Shown here one piece after another: positions 54,760 to 63,166 of a stretch of 64,000 bases of DNA (within the stretch, counting starts at the first letter, position 1; each line of letters begins with the position of its first letter). This DNA is from Candidatus Aminicenantes bacterium UBA2190. GTDB lineage: Bacteria; Acidobacteriota; Aminicenantia; UBA2199. The translations under genes and the position numbers were made by a program. The notes beneath the pieces were generated by a model. It had not been told where the DNA came from, did no database searches, and was given only the letters and a program-made list of their open reading frames with translations. Location: positions 4,370 through 68,369 of the forward strand of contig DCVK01000061.1 of the NCBI GenBank assembly GCA_002335385.1, written 5' to 3'.

Positions 54760-55974
54760 TCAACGGCGCAGAGAGGTATTTTTCAATGCCAGGGCGGCGA
54801 TCGACTCGCCGATGCTGATCGAGGCGGTCGCGGCCGGCGACGGCGCGTTCAGCACATGGACCATGCGTTCCGCCTCGCGGATGCGGAAATCGTCGGCCAG
54901 GAAGCCGTTGGCCTCCAGGGCCTGAGCGCGGACCCCGGCCCCGCCCGGAACCAGGTCAGCGGCCTGGATTTCGGGGAGCAGGCGCTGCAGGGCCTTGACG
55001 AAAGCTCGCTTGCAAAAGGAGCGGTAGAATTCGCCGAAGCCCATTTTCCAGAACTTCAGGCCCATGATCCAGAACCCGGGATAAAGGATCATTTGCGCCG
55101 TGTCGCGCAGGGAAAAGCTCGTCTTGTCATAACCGTGGCGCTTGAAAGCCAGGACGGCGTTGGGCCCCGCCTCCACGCCGCCGCCGATCATGCGCGTGAA
55201 GTGCACCCCCAGGAAGGGGAAGCGGGCATCGGGGACCGGGTAGATCAGGTTGCGCACCAGGCCGTGGCGTGCCGGCACCAGCTTGAAGTACTCGCCGCGA
55301 AAGGGGATGATCTGCAGGCCGGGCTGGACGCCGCACAGGCGCGCGACGCGATCGGACTGCAAACCGGCGCAATTGACCAGGCTGCGGCAGCGCACCCTGC
55401 CGGCGCGGGAGAACAGCAGCAGCTCCGCGCCATCGCGCCGGCAGCCGCTGACCTTGAAATTCAGGCGGATCTCGCCGCCCCCCTTCTGGATGATTTCGGC
55501 ATATTTGGCGCAGACCTGGGCATAGTCGACGATGCCCGTCTCCCCCACCCAGAGCCCGGCGATGCCGGCTACGCCGGGCTCGTACTCCTTCAGCTCAGCG
55601 GGGCCCAGGCGGCGCAGTTTCTGCAGGCCATTGGCGCGGCCTTTCGCCTCGACGGCGTCCAGCGCGGGAATTTCATCCGCCCGCGTGGCCACGACCAGCT
55701 TGCCGCATGCATCGTGGGCGATGCCGTGCTCGCGGCAGAAGCGGTAAAGGGCTTCGCGTCCGGCCACGCAGTTCTTCGCCTTGAGCGATCCCGGTTTGTA
55801 GTAAAGGCCGGAATGGATCACGCCGCTGTTGTTGCCGGTCTGGTGGGCGGCCAGCTTTTCCTCGGCCTCGAGGATCACCACCGAGTTCGCGCCGGCCTTG
55901 ACCAGGGCCATGGCCGTGGCCAGGCCGACGATGCCGCCGCCGATGATCCCCACGTCGTATGTACGCTCGCCCAT
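54760..55974 (-). CDS. lhgO: L-2-hydroxyglutarate oxidase-like FAD-dependent oxidoreductase
   Basis: YDVGIIGGGIVGLATAMAL, HQTGNNSGVIHSGLYYKPGS and a C-terminal VHVLNAPSPAATASISIG are typical of LhgO/YgaF. The start is MGERTYD (55974), 6 nt after AAGGAG. Confidence 0.85.
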   Translation of the reverse strand: MGERTYDVGIIGGGIVGLATAMALVKAGANSVVILEAEEKLAAHQTGNNSGVIHSGLYYKPGSLKAKNCVAGREALYRFCREHGIAHDACGKLVVATRADEIPALDAVEAKGRANGLQKLRRLGPAELKEYEPGVAGIAGLWVGETGIVDYAQVCAKYAEIIQKGGGEIRLNFKVSGCRRDGAELLLFSRAGRVRCRSLVNCAGLQSDRVARLCGVQPGLQIIPFRGEYFKLVPARHGLVRNLIYPVPDARFPFLGVHFTRMIGGGVEAGPNAVLAFKRHGYDKTSFSLRDTAQMILYPGFWIMGLKFWKMGFGEFYRSFCKRAFVKALQRLLPEIQAADLVPGGAGVRAQALEANGFLADDFRIREAERMVHVLNAPSPAATASISIGESIAALALKNTSLRR

Positions 55975-56069
55975 GACTCGCTCCTTTTTATCCATTGTGT
56001 TGCGCTTGCGATTGGAAACAAGGATGGAATATAGCAGAAGCGTTCCGGTGAGTCAAACCCGGTTCGCTC

Positions 56070-56173
56070 GGTGAAAAAGTGAAAAGTGAAAAGTAAAATG
56101 CAAAGAAAAGACTATGGATGAATTTCTCATTGCCTTCTCTTCACCTTTCACTTTTCACTTTTCACATTTCACC
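56070..56173. repeat. Heptad-periodic palindromic element (locus B)
   Basis: GGTGAAAAAGTGAAAAGTGAAAAGT pairs with ACTTTTCACTTTTCACATTTCACC in a stem of about 24 bp with one bulge. The core motifs GCAAAGAAAAGAC and ATTGCCTTCTCTTCAC are shared with locus C. Confidence 0.8.
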
Positions 56174-56202
56174 GGGTCCTGCAGGATAGCCATTTTACTC
56201 GT

Positions 56203-56231
56203 TTGCCCAAGTGGCCCATCTACGGTATAAT
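56203..56231 (+). promoter_or_regulatory. Sigma-70-like promoter TTGCCC-17-TATAAT for the phosphomannomutase gene
   Basis: TTGCCC at 56203-56208 and TATAAT at 56226-56231, followed by a 26-nt leader containing GGAGG. Confidence 0.55.
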
Positions 56232-56257
56232 ATCAATCTATCTGGAGGTTACCCACC

Positions 56258-57622
56258 ATGCTGAACGAAGCGATCTTTAGGGAATACGACATCCGTGGCC
56301 TGGCCGCAAGCGAGCTGGCCGACCCGGCGGTGGAGCGCATCGCCATGGCCGTCGCCGCCATTTTCGTGCGCGAGGGGAAAAAAGAGATCGCCGTCGGCAT
56401 GGACGGCCGGCCCAGCTCGCCGCACATCAAGGAGCTGTTCTGCCGCACCCTGGCCCGCTACGGCCTGCAGGTGATCGACCTGGGCCTGGTGCCGACGCCG
56501 GTGGTCTATTATGCCGCCTTCCGCCACGATATGGGGGGCGCCGTCATCATCACCGCCTCGCACAACCCCAGTGAGTACAACGGCTTCAAGATCATGCTCG
56601 GCACCGCCGCCCTCTACGGCGACCAGGTCAGGGAGATCTACCGCCTCGCCGTCTCCGGCCCCTTCCCTTCCGAAACGCAGGGAAGCGTCCGCAAGAAGGA
56701 CATCCTGCCCGAGTACATGCAGTACATCGTGGACAACATCCAGCTAAAGAAAAAGCTGCGCGTCGTCGTCGACGCTGGCAACGGCACCGGCGGCATCACC
56801 GCCCCCGCCCTCTACCGCCGCCTGGGCGCCGAGGTCATCCCGCTGTTCTGCGACGTGGACGGCCGCTTCCCCAACCACCACCCCGACCCGACGGTGGCCA
56901 AGAACCTGCAGGACATGATCGCCAAGGTCAGGGAGAGCGGCGCCGACCTGGGCATCGGCCTCGACGGCGACGCTGACCGCATCGGCGTCGTCGACAACCT
57001 GGGACGCATCCTCTGGGGCGACCAGCTCCTGCTCATCTTCGCCCGCGACATCCTGAAGGACCACCCGGGCGCCACGATCATCTCCGAGGTCAAGGCCTCG
57101 GAGGTCTTCTACAGCGAGGTGCGCCGGCTCGGCGGCAACCCCATCATGTGGAAGGCCGGCCACTCGCTGATCAAGAAAAAGCTCTTCGAAGTGAACGCCC
57201 TCGCCGCCGGCGAAGTGAGCGGCCATGTCTTTTTCAACGACAAGTGGTTCGGATTTGACGACGCCGTCTACGCCGGCGCCCGGCTGCTGGAGATCCTCGG
57301 CGGGTCCGCCGCCAGCCTGGCCGACATGTTCGACGCCATCCCCAAGGTCTGCAATACCCCCGAGATCCGCATCGACGCCGGCGACGACGTTAAGTTCCAA
57401 GTCGTCGACGAGGTGCGCGAACATTTCCGCAAGATCCTGCCGGTGATCGACATCGACGGCGCCCGCGTGCAATTTCCCCGCGGCTGGGCGCTGGTACGCG
57501 CCTCCAACACCCAGCCTGCGCTGGTGGTGCGCTACGAGGCCGACACGCAGGATGAACTGGAGCGCATCCAGGCCCAGGTGGACGCGGTCATCCGCCGCGC
57601 CCTGGTTGCGGCCGCGAAGTAA
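56258..57622 (+). CDS. Phosphomannomutase/phosphoglucomutase
   Basis: The active-site loop TASHNPSEYNGFK, the metal site GLDGDADR and the GEVSGH sugar-binding loop. Confidence 0.92.
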   Translation: MLNEAIFREYDIRGLAASELADPAVERIAMAVAAIFVREGKKEIAVGMDGRPSSPHIKELFCRTLARYGLQVIDLGLVPTPVVYYAAFRHDMGGAVIITASHNPSEYNGFKIMLGTAALYGDQVREIYRLAVSGPFPSETQGSVRKKDILPEYMQYIVDNIQLKKKLRVVVDAGNGTGGITAPALYRRLGAEVIPLFCDVDGRFPNHHPDPTVAKNLQDMIAKVRESGADLGIGLDGDADRIGVVDNLGRILWGDQLLLIFARDILKDHPGATIISEVKASEVFYSEVRRLGGNPIMWKAGHSLIKKKLFEVNALAAGEVSGHVFFNDKWFGFDDAVYAGARLLEILGGSAASLADMFDAIPKVCNTPEIRIDAGDDVKFQVVDEVREHFRKILPVIDIDGARVQFPRGWALVRASNTQPALVVRYEADTQDELERIQAQVDAVIRRALVAAAK

Positions 57623-57624
57623 AA

Positions 57625-58386
57625 GTGCCCTTCGCCATCCAGGTCATCCTGCTGGCCATCGTCCAGGGTTTCACCGAGTTCTTCCCGGTCAGCTCCAGCG
57701 GCCACCTGCTGCTGTTCCAGAAGCTTCTGGGCTTCAGCACCCTGCCGCTGGTCTACGACATCTTCTTCCATGTCGGCACCTTGCTGGCGGTCGTTTTCTT
57801 CTTCTTCAAGGACCTCAGGGAACTGGCGCTGCGCTTCTATGAAAAGGAGAATGCCCGCCTGCTGGGGCTCCTGGCCGCCGCCACCCTGCCGACGGCGCTG
57901 ATCGGCTTCCTGTTCAAGGATTTCTTTGAGTCGCTTTTCAGCGGCACATCCTACCTGGGGTTCGCCTTTTTCCTCACCGCCGCCGGGCTCCTGGCCGCGA
58001 AATACCTGCGCCTGAAGAAAAAGATGCCCGATCTTCCCGCCGCCGTGCTCATCGGCGTGGCCCAGGGCATCGCCATCATCCCCGGCGTCTCCCGCTCGGG
58101 CATGACCATCGCCGTCGCCCTGGTCCTCGGCCTAGGCTTCGGGTTCTCGTTCCGCTTCTCCTTCCTTCTTTCCATCCCGGCGGTGCTGGGCGCCCTGCTG
58201 CTGGAAGCCGGCCATATCCCCTGGAGCGGAGGCCACTGGCCGCAGCTGGCGCTGGCGGTGGCGGTGGCGGCCCTGGCTGGTTTCCTGGCCCTCGGGCTGC
58301 TGAGGAAGATCGTGGTGCAGGACCATTTCCACCGCTTCGCTTACTATGTTCTGGCCCTCGGCGCGTTCTCGTTCCTTTTCCTCTAG
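57625..58386 (+). CDS. uppP: Undecaprenyl-diphosphate phosphatase
   Basis: VQGFTEFFPVSSSGHL and PGVSRSGMTI motifs. It has a GTG start 2 nt after the upstream stop. Confidence 0.92.
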   Translation: MPFAIQVILLAIVQGFTEFFPVSSSGHLLLFQKLLGFSTLPLVYDIFFHVGTLLAVVFFFFKDLRELALRFYEKENARLLGLLAAATLPTALIGFLFKDFFESLFSGTSYLGFAFFLTAAGLLAAKYLRLKKKMPDLPAAVLIGVAQGIAIIPGVSRSGMTIAVALVLGLGFGFSFRFSFLLSIPAVLGALLLEAGHIPWSGGHWPQLALAVAVAALAGFLALGLLRKIVVQDHFHRFAYYVLALGAFSFLFL

Positions 58387-58510
58387 CCGAGCCACGGCTT
58401 GGCCCCTGGACCGCTTCGTTCTGCTTTCCGTCAGAATTTGAGGCCGGCGGCAGCGGCCTGCTTTCCGGCGCCGGGTACCTGTTCGCTGTTTCCGGGAAAG
58501 AGCAGCGCGG

Positions 58511-60028
58511 CTAGGCCTGCAGCTTCTGGCGCACCATCTCGGTGATGGAGCGGAAATCGATCTTGCCGCTGCCCATCTTGGGAAACTCGTTGAGCACGAC
58601 GAACTGCTTGGGCAGCGCGATCGCGGGCAGCTCGCCGGCCATGGCCTTGAGCAGCTTGCGCTCGTTGACCTCGCCGGTGATGGCGGCGACGATCTTCGCA
58701 CCCTTGAGCGAGTCGGGAACCTCCACCACGCAGCAGTCCACATCCTCGGGCAGGAGTCCCAGCATGACGCTCTCGACCCGGACCAGCGAGACCATCTCGC
58801 CGCCGATCTTGACGAAGCGCTTCAGGCGGCCGCGGTGCCACAAAAAGCCCTCTTCGTCGAGCATGCCCATGTCGCCCGTTTCGTACCAGCCGTCCTTGAT
58901 GCGCAGCGAGGTCTCCTCCAGGTCGTCAAAATAGCCTTTCATCACCAGGTCGCCCTTGACCAGGATCTTGCCCTCGCACCCCGGGGGCAGCGCCTCGCCG
59001 GAATTGATGTCCACGATCTTGACGCGCACGCCGGGCAGCACCCGGCCCACGCTCCCCGGCTTGTTGGCCCCGGGAAGGTTGGTGGCGACCACCGGGCTGG
59101 TTTCGGTGGTTCCATATCCCTCGCAAAGCTCGAGGCCATGCTGCTGCAGGAAGCCCGCGCGCAGCGAATCGGGCGTCTTGTCGGCGCCGGCGACGGCGAC
59201 GCGCAGCGAGGAGAAGTCGCCGGGGTCGGACTGGCGCAGGTAGCCGGCAAAAAAGCTGGGTGTACCCACCATCAGCGACACTTTTTCCTCGCGGACGATG
59301 GCGCAGATCTTCTTGTATTCCAGGGGATTGGCGTAGGCGACGATGGTCATGCCATAGAGCAGCGGCAGCCAGAAGTCGACGTTGTGGCCGAAGACGTGGA
59401 ACAGCGGCAGGTTGGCCAGCATGACGTCCGCGCTGGTCACGGTCAGGACCCGGCCGATGTCCAGGACATTCGAGCCGATGTTGCGGTGGGTCAATTGCAC
59501 CGCCTTGGGGTCTTTCTCGCTGCCCGAGGTGAAAAGGATGACCAGGTTGTCGTCGGGATCGCCCTGGTGGACCGCCTTGAGCAGGAGCGGCAGCGGCAGC
59601 TTGGACTTGACCAGCGCCCCCACCTTGTCGACCGGGCCCACGCCGGCCATGATGTCCTCGATGAAAACCATGCCCGGCACCAGGCGGCAGCCGATCTTCT
59701 CCAGCAGCGCCCGCGAGGCGATGATGGTCTTGAAACCGCATTTTTTCTGGGCATACTCGGCGTTGCCGGCGGCGCCGGTGGAATAGTTGATCATCACCGG
59801 TACCTTCCCGGCCAGGAGCACTCCCAGCACCGAGAGCATGCAGCCCGCCGAGGTGGGGACCATGATGCCGATGAAGCCGTCATGGTATTTCCTGAATTTT
59901 GCAGCCAGTATCAGCGACGCGATCAGCGCCTTGCCGTAGCTGACGTTCTTGTCCAGGAAGCGGTCGATGATGGCCGGTTTGGCCCCGAATTTCTTGGCGT
60001 TCTTGATGAATTCCTGATGCAGGAGCAC
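58511..60028 (-). CDS. AMP-dependent synthetase/ligase (acyl-CoA or acyl-ACP synthetase-like)
   Basis: ILFTSGSEKDPKAV (AMP-binding motif I), GYGTTETS and YETGDMG motifs. The GTG start lies 6 nt after GGAGG. Confidence 0.85.
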   Translation of the reverse strand: MLLHQEFIKNAKKFGAKPAIIDRFLDKNVSYGKALIASLILAAKFRKYHDGFIGIMVPTSAGCMLSVLGVLLAGKVPVMINYSTGAAGNAEYAQKKCGFKTIIASRALLEKIGCRLVPGMVFIEDIMAGVGPVDKVGALVKSKLPLPLLLKAVHQGDPDDNLVILFTSGSEKDPKAVQLTHRNIGSNVLDIGRVLTVTSADVMLANLPLFHVFGHNVDFWLPLLYGMTIVAYANPLEYKKICAIVREEKVSLMVGTPSFFAGYLRQSDPGDFSSLRVAVAGADKTPDSLRAGFLQQHGLELCEGYGTTETSPVVATNLPGANKPGSVGRVLPGVRVKIVDINSGEALPPGCEGKILVKGDLVMKGYFDDLEETSLRIKDGWYETGDMGMLDEEGFLWHRGRLKRFVKIGGEMVSLVRVESVMLGLLPEDVDCCVVEVPDSLKGAKIVAAITGEVNERKLLKAMAGELPAIALPKQFVVLNEFPKMGSGKIDFRSITEMVRQKLQA

Positions 60029-60149
60029 GCAGCACCTCCGGGTCGAATATTTTTAACGATTCCTTATAACACAATGGCCTCCGGCTTGGCAACGGCCAAC
60101 AGATGGAAAAATGAGATCGTCGCCGCCGGGACGCGGAGCGGGGGCCGGT

Positions 60150-60425
60150 TTATTTCACCTTCGCCTTCTTCTCCTTGATCTTCATCTTTTTCATCTTTTT
60201 CGCAATGGTGTTCCGATGCAGCTTGACGCTGGTCGACATCTTCAACAGATTGTAGTCGTACTTTTCCAGCAGCGCCTGCAGCAGTGTCTTCTCGAATTCA
60301 TCGGTGATCTCCTTGTAGAACAGGAAGCGGGAATTCACCGCCTTGCCGGCCAGGATCTTCATCTGGTTCTTGATGGTCAGGGCTTCAAATTGTTCGGCCA
60401 GTTCGATTATTTTTTTTGCTGTCAT
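60150..60425 (-). CDS. Small Fis-type helix-turn-helix protein with a lysine-rich tail
   Basis: 91-aa ORF. The C-terminal YNLLKMSTSVKLHRNTIAKKMKK resembles the Fis-family HTH_8 domain. It overlaps the cvpA-like 3' end by 41 nt. Confidence 0.55.
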   Translation of the reverse strand: MTAKKIIELAEQFEALTIKNQMKILAGKAVNSRFLFYKEITDEFEKTLLQALLEKYDYNLLKMSTSVKLHRNTIAKKMKKMKIKEKKAKVK

Positions 60426-60930
60426 GGGTTTGTATGACGTTCAGCCTGTCCCGCAGGGCGGGGGGCAGCACCTGGATGCCGGCGACAAGCACCCGGGTCA
60501 GGACGGGCGCCAGTTGCGAGCGTTGCAGCGGTTCCTGGCGGAGGGGGAAAGCCAGGAAACTGTAGATGACGAGGCCGCAGAGGAGAATGCCGCGCAACAG
60601 CCCGAACGCGGCTCCCAGGAGGCGGTCGAGCCCCTTGAGCGGGCCGACGACCAGGAGTTTGCTCACCAGCATGGTCAACAGGGCGCCGGCGGCGGCGACC
60701 AGCGCCAGCACCAGCAAAAAGCCGACGAAATCGGCCAGGCCGCGGTTACGGATCAGGCCGCTCAGCAGCAGTGCGGCATCACGGTAATGGACAAAGGCCA
60801 GTACCAGGGCGGCGACCAGGAAGAGCAGGGACAGCAATTCGCGCACCAGGCCGCGGATGAGGCCGAAAAGGAAGGAAAAGAACAGGATGACGATGAAAAG
60901 CAGGTCCAGGATGTTCAGTTCCCCGTTCAT
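60385..60930 (-). CDS. cvpA: CvpA family membrane protein
   Basis: 181-aa protein with 4 TM segments and an N-terminus of ILDLLFIVILFFSFLFGLIRGLVRELLSL typical of CvpA. It lies downstream of a purine gene, as in many genomes. Confidence 0.75.
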   Translation of the reverse strand: MNGELNILDLLFIVILFFSFLFGLIRGLVRELLSLLFLVAALVLAFVHYRDAALLLSGLIRNRGLADFVGFLLVLALVAAAGALLTMLVSKLLVVGPLKGLDRLLGAAFGLLRGILLCGLVIYSFLAFPLRQEPLQRSQLAPVLTRVLVAGIQVLPPALRDRLNVIQTHDSKKNNRTGRTI

Positions 60931-61847
60931 GGCTGGCGGCCGGTCAGGATGCGGAAGATCTCCCCGTATTTTTCGGCGGTGGCGGTGATCACGTCGTGAG
61001 GGAGCGCCGGGGGAGCCGATCGCTGGTCCCAGGAAGAGGCCAGCAGGTGGTTGCGCACGTACTGCTTGTCCAGGGATGGCGGCTCCTGACCTGGGCGGTA
61101 GTCCGCCAGCTTCCAGAAGCGCGAGGAATCCGGGGTGAAAATCTCGTCGATGACGACGATCTTTCCCTGCTCATCGCGCCCGAACTCGAACTTGGAGTCG
61201 GCGATGATGATCCCGCGCTCCAGGGCATAGGCGCTGGCAAAGGCGAATAGCTTGAGGGACAGTTCGCGCAGTTGATCGGCCGTGTCACGTCCCAGCCGTT
61301 CCGCCAGTTGATCGAGAGTGATGTCCTCGTCGTGGCCTTTATCGGCCTTGGTCGTGGGCGTAAAAATGGCTTGCGGCAGGCGCGCGCCATAGCCGAGACC
61401 GCGGGGCAACTCGACCCCGCAGATCGCCCCCTGCCCGCGATAGGTGTTCCAGCCCGACCCCACGAGGTAAGCGCGGACGATGGCCTCGACCGGGAAGGCG
61501 TCCAGCTTGCGCGCCAGCAGCGAGCGCTGCTCCAGAATGGGGGCGTAGGCCTTGAATTCGGGAAGCTTCTCCGGCTCTGCACTGAGCACGTGGTTGGGGA
61601 TCAAGTCCTTTGTCCGCTCGAACCAGAAGGCGGCGATGCGATTCAGGATGCGGCCCTTGCCCGGGATCAGCGAGGGCAGGATGAAATCAAATGCCGAGAT
61701 GCGGTCGCTGGATACGATCAGCAGACGGCCGTCCACTTCAAAAACATCGCGGACCTTGCCGCGCTTGAATAACTGGAAAGGCAGTTCTGCCTTTGGCAGC
61801 GATTGCAATATTCCTCTCCTCATTGCGGTTTGGTGAATCAGAAGCAT
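60927..61847 (-). CDS. purC: Phosphoribosylaminoimidazole-succinocarboxamide synthase
   Basis: GKVRDVF, SDRISAFD and ADSKFEFG motifs of the long form. The start is uncertain (61847 or the MRRGIL start at 61823). Confidence 0.9.
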   Translation of the reverse strand: MLLIHQTAMRRGILQSLPKAELPFQLFKRGKVRDVFEVDGRLLIVSSDRISAFDFILPSLIPGKGRILNRIAAFWFERTKDLIPNHVLSAEPEKLPEFKAYAPILEQRSLLARKLDAFPVEAIVRAYLVGSGWNTYRGQGAICGVELPRGLGYGARLPQAIFTPTTKADKGHDEDITLDQLAERLGRDTADQLRELSLKLFAFASAYALERGIIIADSKFEFGRDEQGKIVVIDEIFTPDSSRFWKLADYRPGQEPPSLDKQYVRNHLLASSWDQRSAPPALPHDVITATAEKYGEIFRILTGRQP

Positions 61848-61891
61848 TTATTTTATTTGAATCCTATTGGTTTGTCAATCAGCATGCAGAA

Positions 61892-61996
61892 GACATCTGA
61901 CCCCTGACGTCTAACCTCTGACATCTAACGTCAGGCGTCTACCGTCTGACATCTGACATCTGTCGTCTGACATCTGACGTCTAGGGTCTAACATCT
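61892..61996. repeat. Tandem array of 15 heptamers, consensus GAC(A/G)TCT (locus E)
   Basis: It is exactly 105 nt in register: GACATCT GACCCCT GACGTCT AACCTCT GACATCT AACGTCA GGCGTCT ACCGTCT GACATCT GACATCT GTCGTCT GACATCT GACGTCT AGGGTCT AACATCT. It contains an internal 8-bp inverted repeat, 61903-61910 with 61928-61935. Confidence 0.85.
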
Positions 61997-62000
61997 TCTT

Positions 62001-63032
62001 CTAGGCAATGAGCAGCGCATCGCCGTACGAGAAAAAGCGATATTTTTCGGCGATCGCCTGGCGATACGCTTCACGGAGCACATCCAGTCCGGCAAAGGCG
62101 CTGGTCAGGATGAACAGCGACGATCTGGGCAGGTGGAAGTTAGTCAGCAGCTTGTCCACCATGCGGAAGCGGAAACCCGGGCTGATGAAGATATCCGAGC
62201 TGAAATCCTCGCGGGGCCCGGCCAGCCGGGCGTAGCTTTCCAGCGCGCGCACCGTGGTCGTGCCCACCGCCAGCAGCCGCCCGCCGCTTGCCCGCAACTC
62301 GCGAATGCGTTGCGCCGCGGCGGCGCTGATGCGGATGCGCTCACTGCCCAACCGGTGTTGGGTGATATCCTCGGTCTCGATCTTCTGGAACGTGGCTTCG
62401 CCCACATCCAGGGTGATCTCCAGCAACGGATGGCGCTCGCGGAGCCCGGCCAGGAGCTCGGGCGTGAAATGCAGCCCGGCGGTCGGCGCGGCGATGGAGC
62501 CGGGATCGCGGGCATAGACCGTCTGGTAGCGCTCCAGATCGAAGCGGCGCCGGGCGGCCGCCTCCCCTCCCCGGCGCTTGATATAGGGCGGAAGCGGCGC
62601 GTAGCCGTGCTCGAGAACACGGGCGTAGTCACGGTCGAAGCGCAACCGGCGCCGGCCGTGGACGCCGACGGCGATGATCTCACCTCTCGCCCCGCCCTCG
62701 GCGACAAACGAGGCGCCACGCGTGAATCGCGCCGCCGGACGGCACAGGGCCTCGAGCTGACCGCCCCCCAGGTCCCTGACCACCAGCATCTCCGCCGTCC
62801 TGCCGTCGACCTGGCCCAGGAGCCGGGCGGATACCACGCGCGAATTGTTCATGACCAGGAAATCGCCGGCGGCCAGCAGCCGGGGGAGGTCGGCGAAGCG
62901 GTGGTGGGATATCCGCCCGCCGGCACGCTCCAGGAGCAAAAGCCGCGAGCCGTCGCGGCGCTCGGCCGGGTAGCGCGCGATCAATTCCGCAGGCAGGTCA
63001 AAGTCAAACTCGGATAGCTTCATCCCCTGCAA
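62001..63032 (-). CDS. queA: tRNA preQ1(34) S-adenosylmethionine ribosyltransferase-isomerase
   Basis: FDFDLPAELIA, TAGLHFT, VGTTTVRALE and FFSYGDA motifs. Confidence 0.93.
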   Translation of the reverse strand: MQGMKLSEFDFDLPAELIARYPAERRDGSRLLLLERAGGRISHHRFADLPRLLAAGDFLVMNNSRVVSARLLGQVDGRTAEMLVVRDLGGGQLEALCRPAARFTRGASFVAEGGARGEIIAVGVHGRRRLRFDRDYARVLEHGYAPLPPYIKRRGGEAAARRRFDLERYQTVYARDPGSIAAPTAGLHFTPELLAGLRERHPLLEITLDVGEATFQKIETEDITQHRLGSERIRISAAAAQRIRELRASGGRLLAVGTTTVRALESYARLAGPREDFSSDIFISPGFRFRMVDKLLTNFHLPRSSLFILTSAFAGLDVLREAYRQAIAEKYRFFSYGDALLIA

Positions 63033-63045
63033 CCGCTCGATCTAT

Positions 63046-63166
63046 CGTGATTCGTGATTCGAAACGGCATGAGGCCGATCCATTGCATCTGCTCGTCACT
63101 TGTCACTCGTCACGGGTCAAAATAGTTCCTTGAGCTTCTTGCTGACACTGACACTGACACTGTCAC
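63046..63166. repeat. Short-period (7-nt and 6-nt) tandem arrays (locus F)
   Basis: CGTGATT x2 (63046-63059), then CTCGTCA CTTGTCA CTCGTCA CGGGTCA (63092-63119), then TGACAC x3 plus TGTCAC (63143-63166). The last array abuts the EF-G-like stop codon. Confidence 0.65.

Noticed and set aside
61892-61996. The idea that the tandem arrays are CRISPR repeats.
   Set aside because: The units are 7 nt long with no spacers, and no cas genes are in the window. CRISPR repeats are more than 20 nt long and separated by unique spacers.
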